A program made the translations under genes and the position numbers. This document shows positions 8,883-17,273 of a stretch of DNA of 27,517 nt, piece after piece. The stretch comes from a virus (lineage: Duplodnaviria; Caudoviricetes). The DNA is taken from positions 1 through 27,517 of IMG/VR virus record IMGVR_UViG_3300031788_000087; one strand, written 5' to 3'. Within the stretch, counting starts at the first letter, position 1, and each line of letters opens with the position of its first letter. The notes beneath the pieces are model-generated. The model had not been told where the DNA came from and searched no databases. It saw nothing but the letters and a program-made list of their open reading frames with translations.

Positions 8883-9443
8883 ATGCTTAAGAAATTATTA
8901 ATGGTTTTAGCTTTAATGGCTTTGACCGCTCCTGCCTTTGCGTCTGTTGGTGTTAAAGTCAACGGAATCTTAGCTGGAGAGGCAACGGATATAAACGTGG
9001 TCTGTAATTCTGGTGCAAATACTACAGGGACAAATATTTCACCGGATGGATCAACTTTCAACATCGGATGTAATCCAAACTTGGCAGAGTCAGGTTTTGC
9101 TAATGCAGGGTATGTTTCTTTAGCTTCCACATCAGCAACGATTTCACCGACCTATACTTATGTGCTTAAAGTTTTAGACACAGATGGTAATGCTGCTTTT
9201 ACCGCTGGTAACTTGGCTAACGGTACGCCAGGGCAGATGTTGACTATCACGGCAATAGGTTTTTCTCCCGGTGGTAGTAGTGGAACGTATACGCTAACTC
9301 CTACGAAATCATTGACATTAAACAACATTGTTTTCACCAAGAGAGGCGATTCTGTTACGCTTGTTTATCTTGATGATACAAACGGATGGATTCTGCAAAG
9401 TTCCTATACTGGTTCTGGATTAACCATCAATTACAAAGTGTAA
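8883..9443 (+). CDS. Signal-peptide-bearing beta-rich putative virion (decoration/fibre) protein
   Basis: MLKKLLMVLALMALTAPAFA|S; TAAGGAG RBS; C-terminal LANGTPGQMLTI...GDSVTLVY..GW pattern of phage structural proteins; two Cys. Confidence 0.7.
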   Translation: MLKKLLMVLALMALTAPAFASVGVKVNGILAGEATDINVVCNSGANTTGTNISPDGSTFNIGCNPNLAESGFANAGYVSLASTSATISPTYTYVLKVLDTDGNAAFTAGNLANGTPGQMLTITAIGFSPGGSSGTYTLTPTKSLTLNNIVFTKRGDSVTLVYLDDTNGWILQSSYTGSGLTINYKV

Positions 9444-9451
9444 AAAGGAAT

Positions 9452-9481
9452 GGCGGGGGAGTAGAAATATTCCCCTGCTTT
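9452..9481 (+). terminator. Rho-independent terminator-like hairpin
   Basis: GCGGGGGAGTA-GAAA-TATTCCCCTGC then TTT; GNRA loop; ends 5 nt before the ATG at 9487. Confidence 0.6.
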
Positions 9482-9486
9482 CAGAT

Positions 9487-10560
9487 ATGAAAATATATTC
9501 ATACTTTGCAATTCTTGTATTTACCCTTCTCGCTTTAATCCCATCAGTCGATATTGTAATAAAAAATCCTCCTAGTCATTACTGGCCTTGGATGATCGTG
9601 ATTGCCGGATTTTTAGGAGTATTCACTTTATTCATTAAAACATCGTGGACAGTTCGTGCCATTGCCATCATTGGATTCATTCATTGTTTCTTTAGCGCGA
9701 TACCTTATGTTTCCTTCACTTCTTACGTTTCTCTCGTCGCTTGCTGTTATTTTTATATCCTTTGCTGTAAGATAACCGACTGGTCCATATTATTTAAGGC
9801 TATTCAAGCAATCGTATTTCTAAACATTTTATTTATGGTTATGCAATATTTCCACAAAGATAGCGTATTAAATTTTGGTCATCACGACACAGAGCAATAT
9901 GGGACTATCGGTTATCACATGTGGATGGCAAGTTTTGGAACTATCCTTGGCGCTGTGTTGTTGCCTTTTAGTATTTTTAATTTATTTTTTTCTTTTGGCG
10001 TGGCTTTATTTGTTCACTCGACTTGGACGTTTCTTTGTGCTTCTATGGGAACAGCGGTTTATTTTTCACACAGAAATAAGAAATTTGTAGGAATGTTTGT
10101 ATTGATCCTTTGTGTTATTTTTATAGGATGGGCATTCGCAGATCATAAGATTATCGAGAATATGGACGCTCACCAGGGACGAATGGGGATTTGGGAACAA
10201 TCAATAAGATTAGCCAATGAACATCCTTGGAAGGGTTGGGGAATCGGAACTTATAAAGATTTATTTTTTGGCCTATCCGGACTTCATTGTATGGAATGGA
10301 AAACAGCCCACAACTTTATTATCCAATTATGTTTTGAGATTGGGTATCCTTTGACTGCGGCCATTATATTTGGATTGGGATGGTTTGCGTCATTGCTTTA
10401 CAAAGAAGAGCTTTGGGCAGAGCTTTCAGGTCTTGCAATGATTGTTTTAGACGCACTGGTGCATACGCCAGATAGGTTTATTAACATGGTTCCGCTATTG
10501 GTTGTTTTCTTAGCGTATACGAGGTTTGCTTTATGTCAAACGCGCTCTTTACCCAACTAG
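9487..10560 (+). CDS. O-antigen ligase / O-oligosaccharyltransferase (Wzy_C/WaaL/PglL-like) polytopic membrane protein
   Basis: About 10 hydrophobic segments; loop GRMGIWEQSIRLANEHPWKGWGIGTY...TAHNFIIQLCFEIG matches the R..IW...P..G.G.G...HN...Q...E.G signature. Confidence 0.8.
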   Translation: MKIYSYFAILVFTLLALIPSVDIVIKNPPSHYWPWMIVIAGFLGVFTLFIKTSWTVRAIAIIGFIHCFFSAIPYVSFTSYVSLVACCYFYILCCKITDWSILFKAIQAIVFLNILFMVMQYFHKDSVLNFGHHDTEQYGTIGYHMWMASFGTILGAVLLPFSIFNLFFSFGVALFVHSTWTFLCASMGTAVYFSHRNKKFVGMFVLILCVIFIGWAFADHKIIENMDAHQGRMGIWEQSIRLANEHPWKGWGIGTYKDLFFGLSGLHCMEWKTAHNFIIQLCFEIGYPLTAAIIFGLGWFASLLYKEELWAELSGLAMIVLDALVHTPDRFINMVPLLVVFLAYTRFALCQTRSLPN

Positions 10561-11393
10561 GAATTTATAACAAATTTATTTATAAAATTGGCGGTATGCG
10601 TCTTGTCGCCAGCGATATATCAAGCCCGTCCACATCTCCTAATCCGGCGGCCTTGTATCTTTCGGATATTTGGCCTTTTGAGCTTCAAGAGTTTTTAGAA
10701 GAACATCCTTGGTCATTTGCAACACAGACCGTTCCTTTAATACCATTAAATCCTTCCGCTTGGGTTACGTCAACTCTTTACAATGTTGGTATGTACGTTC
10801 TCCAAGGTGGAGCTATTTATGTTTGCGCCATTCAACATACTTCCGGCGTATTTTCCACTGATCTCGCTAATGGGGACTGGACTTTACAGGCTGGCATCGC
10901 TCCATTGCTTTTGCCATTGCCTTTAATGAATGACGGTTGCAATAATCCTTATGCTTTGCCATCTGACTTTATTAATCCATATTTGTTTAGTGGACCCGCT
11001 TTCTATCGAAAAGAGTTTATCAAGCCTCCTTACCTTGCTACAGCGACGGAGTGTATGATTACAAACAATAATAATATCGCTTCAATGAAATATGTTTTCT
11101 TGCAACAGGACTTGACACAATTCAGCGCAAAGGCTTGTGAAGCGTTAGCTACAAAGATTGCTTACCAGTTATGCTTTAAGATTTCAGAGGCTATGCAATA
11201 CGCGGCAGGTCTTGAGAAAGATTATCAGGCTAAATTAATTTCAGCGATTGCCGCGGATTCAAATACGACAAGTCCAGATCAGGCAGAGGCTACGGCATGG
11301 TTTGAGGCAAGGTTAAGCGGATCTACAGGAGCCGTTGGGTTAGGTCAAGACAATAATAATTCCGGATGGTTTATACCAGGGGCGGGGTTCTAA
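10533..11393 (+). CDS. Tail tubular protein A / head-tail adaptor with inserted CBM5/12-like module
   Basis: LEEHPWSFAT, YALPSDF, EALATKIA motifs; position before the nozzle gene. Confidence 0.75.
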   Translation: MSNALFTQLGIYNKFIYKIGGMRLVASDISSPSTSPNPAALYLSDIWPFELQEFLEEHPWSFATQTVPLIPLNPSAWVTSTLYNVGMYVLQGGAIYVCAIQHTSGVFSTDLANGDWTLQAGIAPLLLPLPLMNDGCNNPYALPSDFINPYLFSGPAFYRKEFIKPPYLATATECMITNNNNIASMKYVFLQQDLTQFSAKACEALATKIAYQLCFKISEAMQYAAGLEKDYQAKLISAIAADSNTTSPDQAEATAWFEARLSGSTGAVGLGQDNNNSGWFIPGAGF

Positions 11394-13214
11394 ATGGGTT
11401 ACAAAGGGACGCTCGGGAAGACTAATTGGAGTTTGGGAGAGGTCAGCCCGAGATCATTAGGCCGCTTTGACGATAAGAAACCCATCTACTCAAGCGGTGC
11501 GGCAATTATCGAGAATATGCTTATCGGTCAAGCTTGCTCTGTCGCTAATCGTCCAGGCACTGAATACGTGGCTCCCACAAAGTTTTCTACTACCTATCCG
11601 TCATGCCTACGTAAATTTACTTACTCAGTAACACAAGCCTACATGTTGGAAATCGGCAATCTCTATATGAGGTTCTTTTCAAATTTTAATGGCGTACCCG
11701 GTCAGGTAGTCGTTCCTTCCGCTACATCATGGCAAACATCAACATCCTATGTACCTGGAAACTACGTCACTCAATCGGCAATTATTTATTATTGCCTCAT
11801 ATCTCATACGTCAGGAACTTTTGCGACAGACTTGGCCGCGGGTGATTGGGTAGCTCAAAGTATTTTAGAGATTCCTACAGTATTCCTTCAAGCGGATATA
11901 TTTAATATTATGACAGCGCAAAATGCGGATGTCATGTACATGGTCAATACCAACTACTTCCCGCAGAAACTTATCCGGACATCAGCCACAGCTTTTAACA
12001 TAGCCAATGTTCCTTTTGTGCGTGGCCCCTTTAGACCTTTGAATGTTTCAGCAACAACGATCACACCGTCATCAGCTACCGGAACGACTACATTAACCGC
12101 GTCAACGGCAATCTTCAACTCCGGACATGTTGGAAGCCTATGGCAAGTCGGTACGGATGGAAGCGTTGCCAATAGCGGGGTTGTTTTAATTACGGCCTTT
12201 ACCGACAGTACACATGTAAATGGAACGGTACAAGCAGAACCGAATGGGACAGCGGGTAATCTGGCTGGAACAAGCGCAACGACATTTTGGGCAGAAGGGG
12301 CTTTCTCAACTTATCGGGGATTCCCTTCGGCTGTTGTGTTCCATGAAGGGCGTTTGGTTTATCTTATGGGACAAACTTTGTATGGGTCAACGGTTGACAC
12401 GTATGATGATTTTTCATCGGGGACGACTACAGATTCAGACGCTTATCAGTATCAGATAGCCGCAAGTCAAGCGAATACTGGAAGATGGCTGGCATCTGAT
12501 ACAGCTTTGGAAATAGGAACATCCGGCGGGAGTATCACGGCGGCAGATGGAAGTCCTGCTGTTGGGATTTCACCAACGACACCGCCTAACATAACCTTTG
12601 ACAATAACTATGGGGTCATGTATCAGCCTCCAGTCATGCTTGGCGGGTATTTATTTTATATTCAAGCAAACACATTTACGATTAGGCAATTAACCTATGA
12701 CTTGATTACAAGCAAGTACAAAGCCACAAATATGATGGTTTTAGCGGATCATATTTTAAGGGATGGCATTGGCGCGGTGCAGATGGCCTCCCAAGTGTCC
12801 CCGTATGACCGTATTTGGGTAGTTCGTGCGGATGGACAGATTGCAGTATTCACCCGCGACCCCGATCAACAGGTAGAGGGATGGTCAAGGATAGTGGCTG
12901 GTCAATCTGATGGCGTTATCCCTGGGGGATTAGAGGGAACATTCATAAGCCTTGATATTATTCCCATTGACGGTGCAGACGATCAAATTTGGTGTATTTG
13001 CCAAAGAAAGATTAACGGAGTAGAAGTTTATTGGGTAGAAGTTTTTACCGATGAGCTTTTCAATAATTATTGGGAACCTGTTAGACTTGACGCTTCTTTG
13101 ACGTACAATGACACATTGAGCATTACTGCAATGTCAGTTGTCACTGGTAATTTTGTTTTTGATGATTCAGGAAATGTGGTATTTGATGATTCAGGAAATC
13201 CGATAACGACATAG
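11394..13214 (+). CDS. Tail tubular protein B / nozzle (T7 gp12, P22 gp10-like), N-terminal part
   Basis: NWSLGEVSP..LGRFD, NRPGTEYV, YMLEIGNLYMRFF, AQNADVMY, GFPSAVVFHEGRLV, VLADHIL, VRADGQ, QQVEGWSR, VRLDA motifs. Confidence 0.85.
   Translation: MGYKGTLGKTNWSLGEVSPRSLGRFDDKKPIYSSGAAIIENMLIGQACSVANRPGTEYVAPTKFSTTYPSCLRKFTYSVTQAYMLEIGNLYMRFFSNFNGVPGQVVVPSATSWQTSTSYVPGNYVTQSAIIYYCLISHTSGTFATDLAAGDWVAQSILEIPTVFLQADIFNIMTAQNADVMYMVNTNYFPQKLIRTSATAFNIANVPFVRGPFRPLNVSATTITPSSATGTTTLTASTAIFNSGHVGSLWQVGTDGSVANSGVVLITAFTDSTHVNGTVQAEPNGTAGNLAGTSATTFWAEGAFSTYRGFPSAVVFHEGRLVYLMGQTLYGSTVDTYDDFSSGTTTDSDAYQYQIAASQANTGRWLASDTALEIGTSGGSITAADGSPAVGISPTTPPNITFDNNYGVMYQPPVMLGGYLFYIQANTFTIRQLTYDLITSKYKATNMMVLADHILRDGIGAVQMASQVSPYDRIWVVRADGQIAVFTRDPDQQVEGWSRIVAGQSDGVIPGGLEGTFISLDIIPIDGADDQIWCICQRKINGVEVYWVEVFTDELFNNYWEPVRLDASLTYNDTLSITAMSVVTGNFVFDDSGNVVFDDSGNPITT
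13158..13199 (+). repeat. Tandem repeat, 18-bp exact unit with 24-bp period, encoding VFDDSGN twice
   Basis: TTTGATGATTCAGGAAAT at 13158-13175 and 13182-13199. Confidence 0.9.
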
Positions 13215-13222
13215 GGGGAAAT

Positions 13223-14041
13223 ATGAGAATACTTTTAAGTATTATTTTAACATTGATGGTTAGTGTTCCAGCGTGGGCGACACTAACAGCTAATGTCATT
13301 CCGGTAGCAAAGACAAGTGGGAGTACACCGGCATTACAGAACAGCGACGTTACAGATGTTCCAGGGATTAGCCTTACTTCGGCGGTGGTTACTTACGTTC
13401 CTCAACTTTGCCTTAACAACGTATGCGAAACAGCATGGCCCGCTGGTGGTTCTCAAACAACAGGAAGTTCTTTATTAGCTGGAAATGGCAGCGGCGGGTA
13501 TACAAACGTCACAGCAGTATCTCCGATGTCTTATAGTGCTGGAAATTTGTCTTACGTAGCCCCATATATAAGATTTTCTGACCAAAAAACATCTGGAACC
13601 CCCGGAGGGGCAGCTACTACCGGGTCTTGGCAAACCAGAACATTAAATACTAAAGATATTGATAGTTCCAATATTGCTACTTTATGTACTGGAAATGGTG
13701 CTCCCATCGCGACCTGTACGTCTGCAAATCAAATGGTGTTACCTGCCGGAGTATATACAACTCATGTACAGAGCCCATGTGATACGACCAATAATTATCA
13801 AATCAGGTTATATAACAACACATCTTCTTCCTTAATAGCTTTAGGTACTTCAGGATACGCGTATCAAAGTGGATACGTTAATGCTACTAGTACTATTTAT
13901 TGGCAATTTACTTTATCCGTCCCATCCGCATTGTCAGTACAATATCAAGCTTTGTCAAATAGCACTACAAGCGATTTAGGGGTCCCGAACAGTTTTGGGA
14001 CAGAGATTTATACGGTAGCAGAATTTACAAAAACTCAATAA
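13223..14041 (+). CDS. Signal-peptide-bearing tail fibre/receptor-binding-like protein
   Basis: MRILLSIILTLMVSVPAWA|T; LCLNNVCETAWP knuckle; C-terminal DQKTSGTPGG..WQTRTLNT...LPAGVY domain resembling phage fibre tips; AGGGGG RBS. Confidence 0.7.
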   Translation: MRILLSIILTLMVSVPAWATLTANVIPVAKTSGSTPALQNSDVTDVPGISLTSAVVTYVPQLCLNNVCETAWPAGGSQTTGSSLLAGNGSGGYTNVTAVSPMSYSAGNLSYVAPYIRFSDQKTSGTPGGAATTGSWQTRTLNTKDIDSSNIATLCTGNGAPIATCTSANQMVLPAGVYTTHVQSPCDTTNNYQIRLYNNTSSSLIALGTSGYAYQSGYVNATSTIYWQFTLSVPSALSVQYQALSNSTTSDLGVPNSFGTEIYTVAEFTKTQ

Positions 14042-14051
14042 GGAGTAAATT

Positions 14052-14540
14052 ATGAGATTTTTAATATTATGTATTTTTTTAATTTTATGCAGCAACGCTA
14101 GTGCTTCAACCGTAATCATCACTCAATACGGTTATGTCAGTGATAGTAATGGTCACGTCATTGGTAAGTATGATAATGATATTAACACAGGGAATACGGT
14201 CAATCTTCCTAATGGAGAGACCTATACATCTGTTCCTAATGAGATTTCTTTGGATGCGATATCTATTTACAAAGATCCTGTTCAAAATTTTAGCACAGAT
14301 CAATTTGTCCAACAGTTAGCCCAAACAAGTCTTGTAAGTAATCCAGAGCTATTCCCGTATTATGCCGTTCTTAAGGACATGACATTTTATAAGAATTTCC
14401 AAGGGCTGGCTAATCTCTTATCTTCTTTGCTTCAGGCTAATGCCATAAACCAAGCTGATGTGGATACCGTGGACACAGCTTTAGAGAATCAACAAATTAA
14501 TCTTGATTCCTATAATTCAGAAGTTAATGTTGCTTATTAA
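14052..14540 (+). CDS. Signal-peptide-bearing protein, possible fibre-assembly partner
   Basis: MRFLILCIFLILCSNASA|S; AAGGAG RBS; beta N-half and helical C-half; directly follows the fibre-like gene. Confidence 0.6.
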   Translation: MRFLILCIFLILCSNASASTVIITQYGYVSDSNGHVIGKYDNDINTGNTVNLPNGETYTSVPNEISLDAISIYKDPVQNFSTDQFVQQLAQTSLVSNPELFPYYAVLKDMTFYKNFQGLANLLSSLLQANAINQADVDTVDTALENQQINLDSYNSEVNVAY

Positions 14541-14547
14541 GGTTTAA

Positions 14548-15240
14548 ATGGCTCTTTCAGTACTCACAATAACAGTTCCTTCACATGGCCTAAGTGTTGG
14601 TCAACAGATTTTCATTGAAGGGGTCAATGGATTTAATGGTGGATTAAATAATCAATCATATACGGTTCAGTATGTAGTTGATACAAATAATTTTAAGATC
14701 GTTGCGAATGTTTCTTATTCTTATCAAACAGGTGGACGTATACATGCTTATGTTTCGTCGGTGTCAGGGCCTTCACATTTAAACGGTCAGACGGTTGCAG
14801 TGGTTACGAATGGAAATAATGTTTTAAGTTTGACTTATAATAACGGGGTAACATTGCCAACACCTGCTTGGAATATTTCAATAGGATTGCCTTACAAATG
14901 GACTCTCCAATGGTTGCCTTTAGGTGGGGATGGTCAGACGGTCAATCAAGGGAAGAAGCGTAAATTGTACGATATTGTGTTAAGGGTATGGCAGAGCTTG
15001 GGTGGATTTTTTGGACAGGATGCAAGTCATTTATATGCGTTGCCATATTCTAATCCAGAGAACCAACTAAATCAAAATATTGCGCCAAGCTATAATCCTT
15101 TAGCGACGGGAGATATTCACGCAGTCGGTATTGATTCACAGTGGGATGATTATTGTATGCCGGTATTGACGGGGACAGACCCTTTACCTTTTATGTTGTT
15201 GGCTAGCGTGATGAGGTCGGAAGTGAGCGAAGACAAATAA
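14548..15240 (+). CDS. Tail tubular protein B / nozzle, C-terminal part, beginning with an FCCH-like beta domain
   Basis: TITVPSHGLSVGQQIFIEGV (FCCH-like), SGPSHLNGQTVAVVTNG, IGLPY, QGKKRKL..IVLRVWQSLG, DPLPFMLLA: the usual C-terminal third of nozzle proteins. Confidence 0.8.
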   Translation: MALSVLTITVPSHGLSVGQQIFIEGVNGFNGGLNNQSYTVQYVVDTNNFKIVANVSYSYQTGGRIHAYVSSVSGPSHLNGQTVAVVTNGNNVLSLTYNNGVTLPTPAWNISIGLPYKWTLQWLPLGGDGQTVNQGKKRKLYDIVLRVWQSLGGFFGQDASHLYALPYSNPENQLNQNIAPSYNPLATGDIHAVGIDSQWDDYCMPVLTGTDPLPFMLLASVMRSEVSEDK

Positions 15241-15773
15241 TGGGCGACGAACTAGCACAATTTAATATGTTGGCGGATGGAAGTTCTGATTCACTTTCTC
15301 CATATACAATGCCATCGGCTCCGGATATTCAAGCATCGACTGTTGACTCATCCGGTAATAGCCTTACGTTGCCACAGGGACTGCAAGCGGGAGGATCTAT
15401 ATTAAGCGCCTTCGGGGATATTGTGTCAGGGGATGAGTCACAGCAAGCCGATGACTACAACGCCAGCCTTGCATTGATGCAGGGGGAATTTGCTAATCAA
15501 CAGTTAGGACTTTCAGAAACGTCTACCCTTTCAACACAGCAAGCAACTTATGCAAAAGCTGGTGTTGAAATGACCGGCTCGCCTTTAGACGTAGCGTTAA
15601 ATACGGCATCACAATTTGAAATGGACAAACAGATAAACACCTACAATGCAGAATCTAAGGCCAATATGGATACATACGCTGGCAAGGTTGCCAAGGAGCA
15701 AGGGGAGTTTGGAGCCGCTAGCTCATTGTTGCAGGGCGCAGAAGGTATTGGAATGTTAGCATTAATGGCATAG
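15240..15773 (+). CDS. Internal virion protein (T7 gp14-like ejection protein)
   Basis: QQATYAKAGVEMTGSPLDV motif; Ala/Gly-rich helices; follows the nozzle gene. Confidence 0.7.
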   Translation: MGDELAQFNMLADGSSDSLSPYTMPSAPDIQASTVDSSGNSLTLPQGLQAGGSILSAFGDIVSGDESQQADDYNASLALMQGEFANQQLGLSETSTLSTQQATYAKAGVEMTGSPLDVALNTASQFEMDKQINTYNAESKANMDTYAGKVAKEQGEFGAASSLLQGAEGIGMLALMA

Positions 15774-15782
15774 GAGAATATC

Positions 15783-17273
15783 GTGGTACAAGTTCCAGTA
15801 TATCAATCACAAAACAGTCTTAACCCAACACCGGAAGACCCGAAACTTGCCGCAAACTTAGGCAATATGGTTTCTGGCGCAGGGAAAATGTTGTCTGACT
15901 TAGGAGAGAAAGTTCAGAAGGTTCAAAGCCTTAATGAACGAAGCAAGGCCATTCTTCAACTATCAGAAGCCAATGACGCCACGCACGATAAATACCGCAC
16001 TGATACCGACCTAGCTGACGCCTCTAAAAACTCTCAAGATGCTCTTGATGAGAATATGCGTAACGCCGCTGACTCTATCAAAGACCCAGAAGCCCGAAAT
16101 CAATTCATGGTAGAAGCAACCCGCATGAAGGATTCAAAGCAGACGGCCATAGACACAATGATCCAAGGGCGCATACTGCAACAGGGCAAGTTTGATGTCA
16201 ACGCCAGGGCAACAGCAGCACAGCAAGAATATAATTACGCCACATCCCCAACGCAAGAAGCGGACATAAAGAAAAGATACAATGATTACGTTGATGAGCG
16301 TATTCAATCCGGCGGCGTTAATCCTGAATGGGCCAGCTATCACAAAGACTTGCAGAACTATAATTTTGGTTACGGGAAAGCCCTCAATGATATTTCAATC
16401 ATCAAAGACCCTAAAGCGGCAGATACTATAAGGGATAAGATACAGAATGGCGACTACGGCAGTCTTCGGGATGTTGATGAGCAAGTCGCTTTAAAAAAAC
16501 TAGACCGTAAAAAGACCTTCCTTCAAAACCAACAAAAAAGGAACATGGATAATATTCAAGAGTCCAATGCCCGTGATTTAATGTTGATGAAACAAACCAA
16601 TGACCCAAGCCTAGAGCAACACGCCGAGGAAAAATACTTTACTGGACAGATCAATGGCAAGACCTTCAATCAGTTTACTAAGGGTACTACGATGGTTTCC
16701 CCTAGCACCGACGGACAAACATATTTAGAAGCTGTTGCCCATCTTGCCAATGGCGGCGTTGGTGATGCAAGAAATTTCATCATGGATAAATATAACGACA
16801 ATAAACTATCTCCACAGGATAGGGACAAACTTTACAATTTAAGAATCATGCCTTTGGGCGGACAATACAAGAGCGTCAAAGATGTTATTGGATTAGAACA
16901 AACCCAAAAGGACGCAACGGATAATTTTCAAAGACACTTAAAGTCTTCTTTAGATTGGCTTCACAATTCAGTTCCATTTGCAAAACACTTGCCGGACTTT
17001 ACGAAGCAAGAAAAACCAGATGATAAAACCTTGGCAATGACCAGACGTTTCATTCAGAAAATAACGGATGGTAATGTTCCCCCAGAGGATTACATTAAAA
17101 CTGCCCATGATGTCAGCAAAGAGCAAACTCTTTTAGATAGGCCGGAGATTGCAGGCTATCCAGATAAAGGACTGACCGAACAAGATGAGGATGGAAACAG
17201 AGGGGTAACAACACCAGATGGCGGTGGACAGCCGGAAGACAACGAAAGCTTTGGAGATAAATACGGTGGATAA
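15783..17273 (+). CDS. Internal virion protein (second ejection protein), GTG start
   Basis: AGGAG RBS; MVQVPVY N-terminus, helical; lies between the gp14-like and large internal proteins. Confidence 0.65.
   Translation: MVQVPVYQSQNSLNPTPEDPKLAANLGNMVSGAGKMLSDLGEKVQKVQSLNERSKAILQLSEANDATHDKYRTDTDLADASKNSQDALDENMRNAADSIKDPEARNQFMVEATRMKDSKQTAIDTMIQGRILQQGKFDVNARATAAQQEYNYATSPTQEADIKKRYNDYVDERIQSGGVNPEWASYHKDLQNYNFGYGKALNDISIIKDPKAADTIRDKIQNGDYGSLRDVDEQVALKKLDRKKTFLQNQQKRNMDNIQESNARDLMLMKQTNDPSLEQHAEEKYFTGQINGKTFNQFTKGTTMVSPSTDGQTYLEAVAHLANGGVGDARNFIMDKYNDNKLSPQDRDKLYNLRIMPLGGQYKSVKDVIGLEQTQKDATDNFQRHLKSSLDWLHNSVPFAKHLPDFTKQEKPDDKTLAMTRRFIQKITDGNVPPEDYIKTAHDVSKEQTLLDRPEIAGYPDKGLTEQDEDGNRGVTTPDGGGQPEDNESFGDKYGG

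Noticed and set aside
14052-14105. Lipoprotein signal in 14052 (and similarly 23940)
   Set aside because: LILC and LMLC do not fit the lipobox (small residue required before Cys), and clear AxA SPase I sites follow.
13146-14550. Self-splicing intron or intein explaining the split nozzle gene
   Set aside because: The interval is almost fully occupied by two ORFs with RBSs and signal peptides; no homing endonuclease, reverse transcriptase, intron core or intein motifs were seen.
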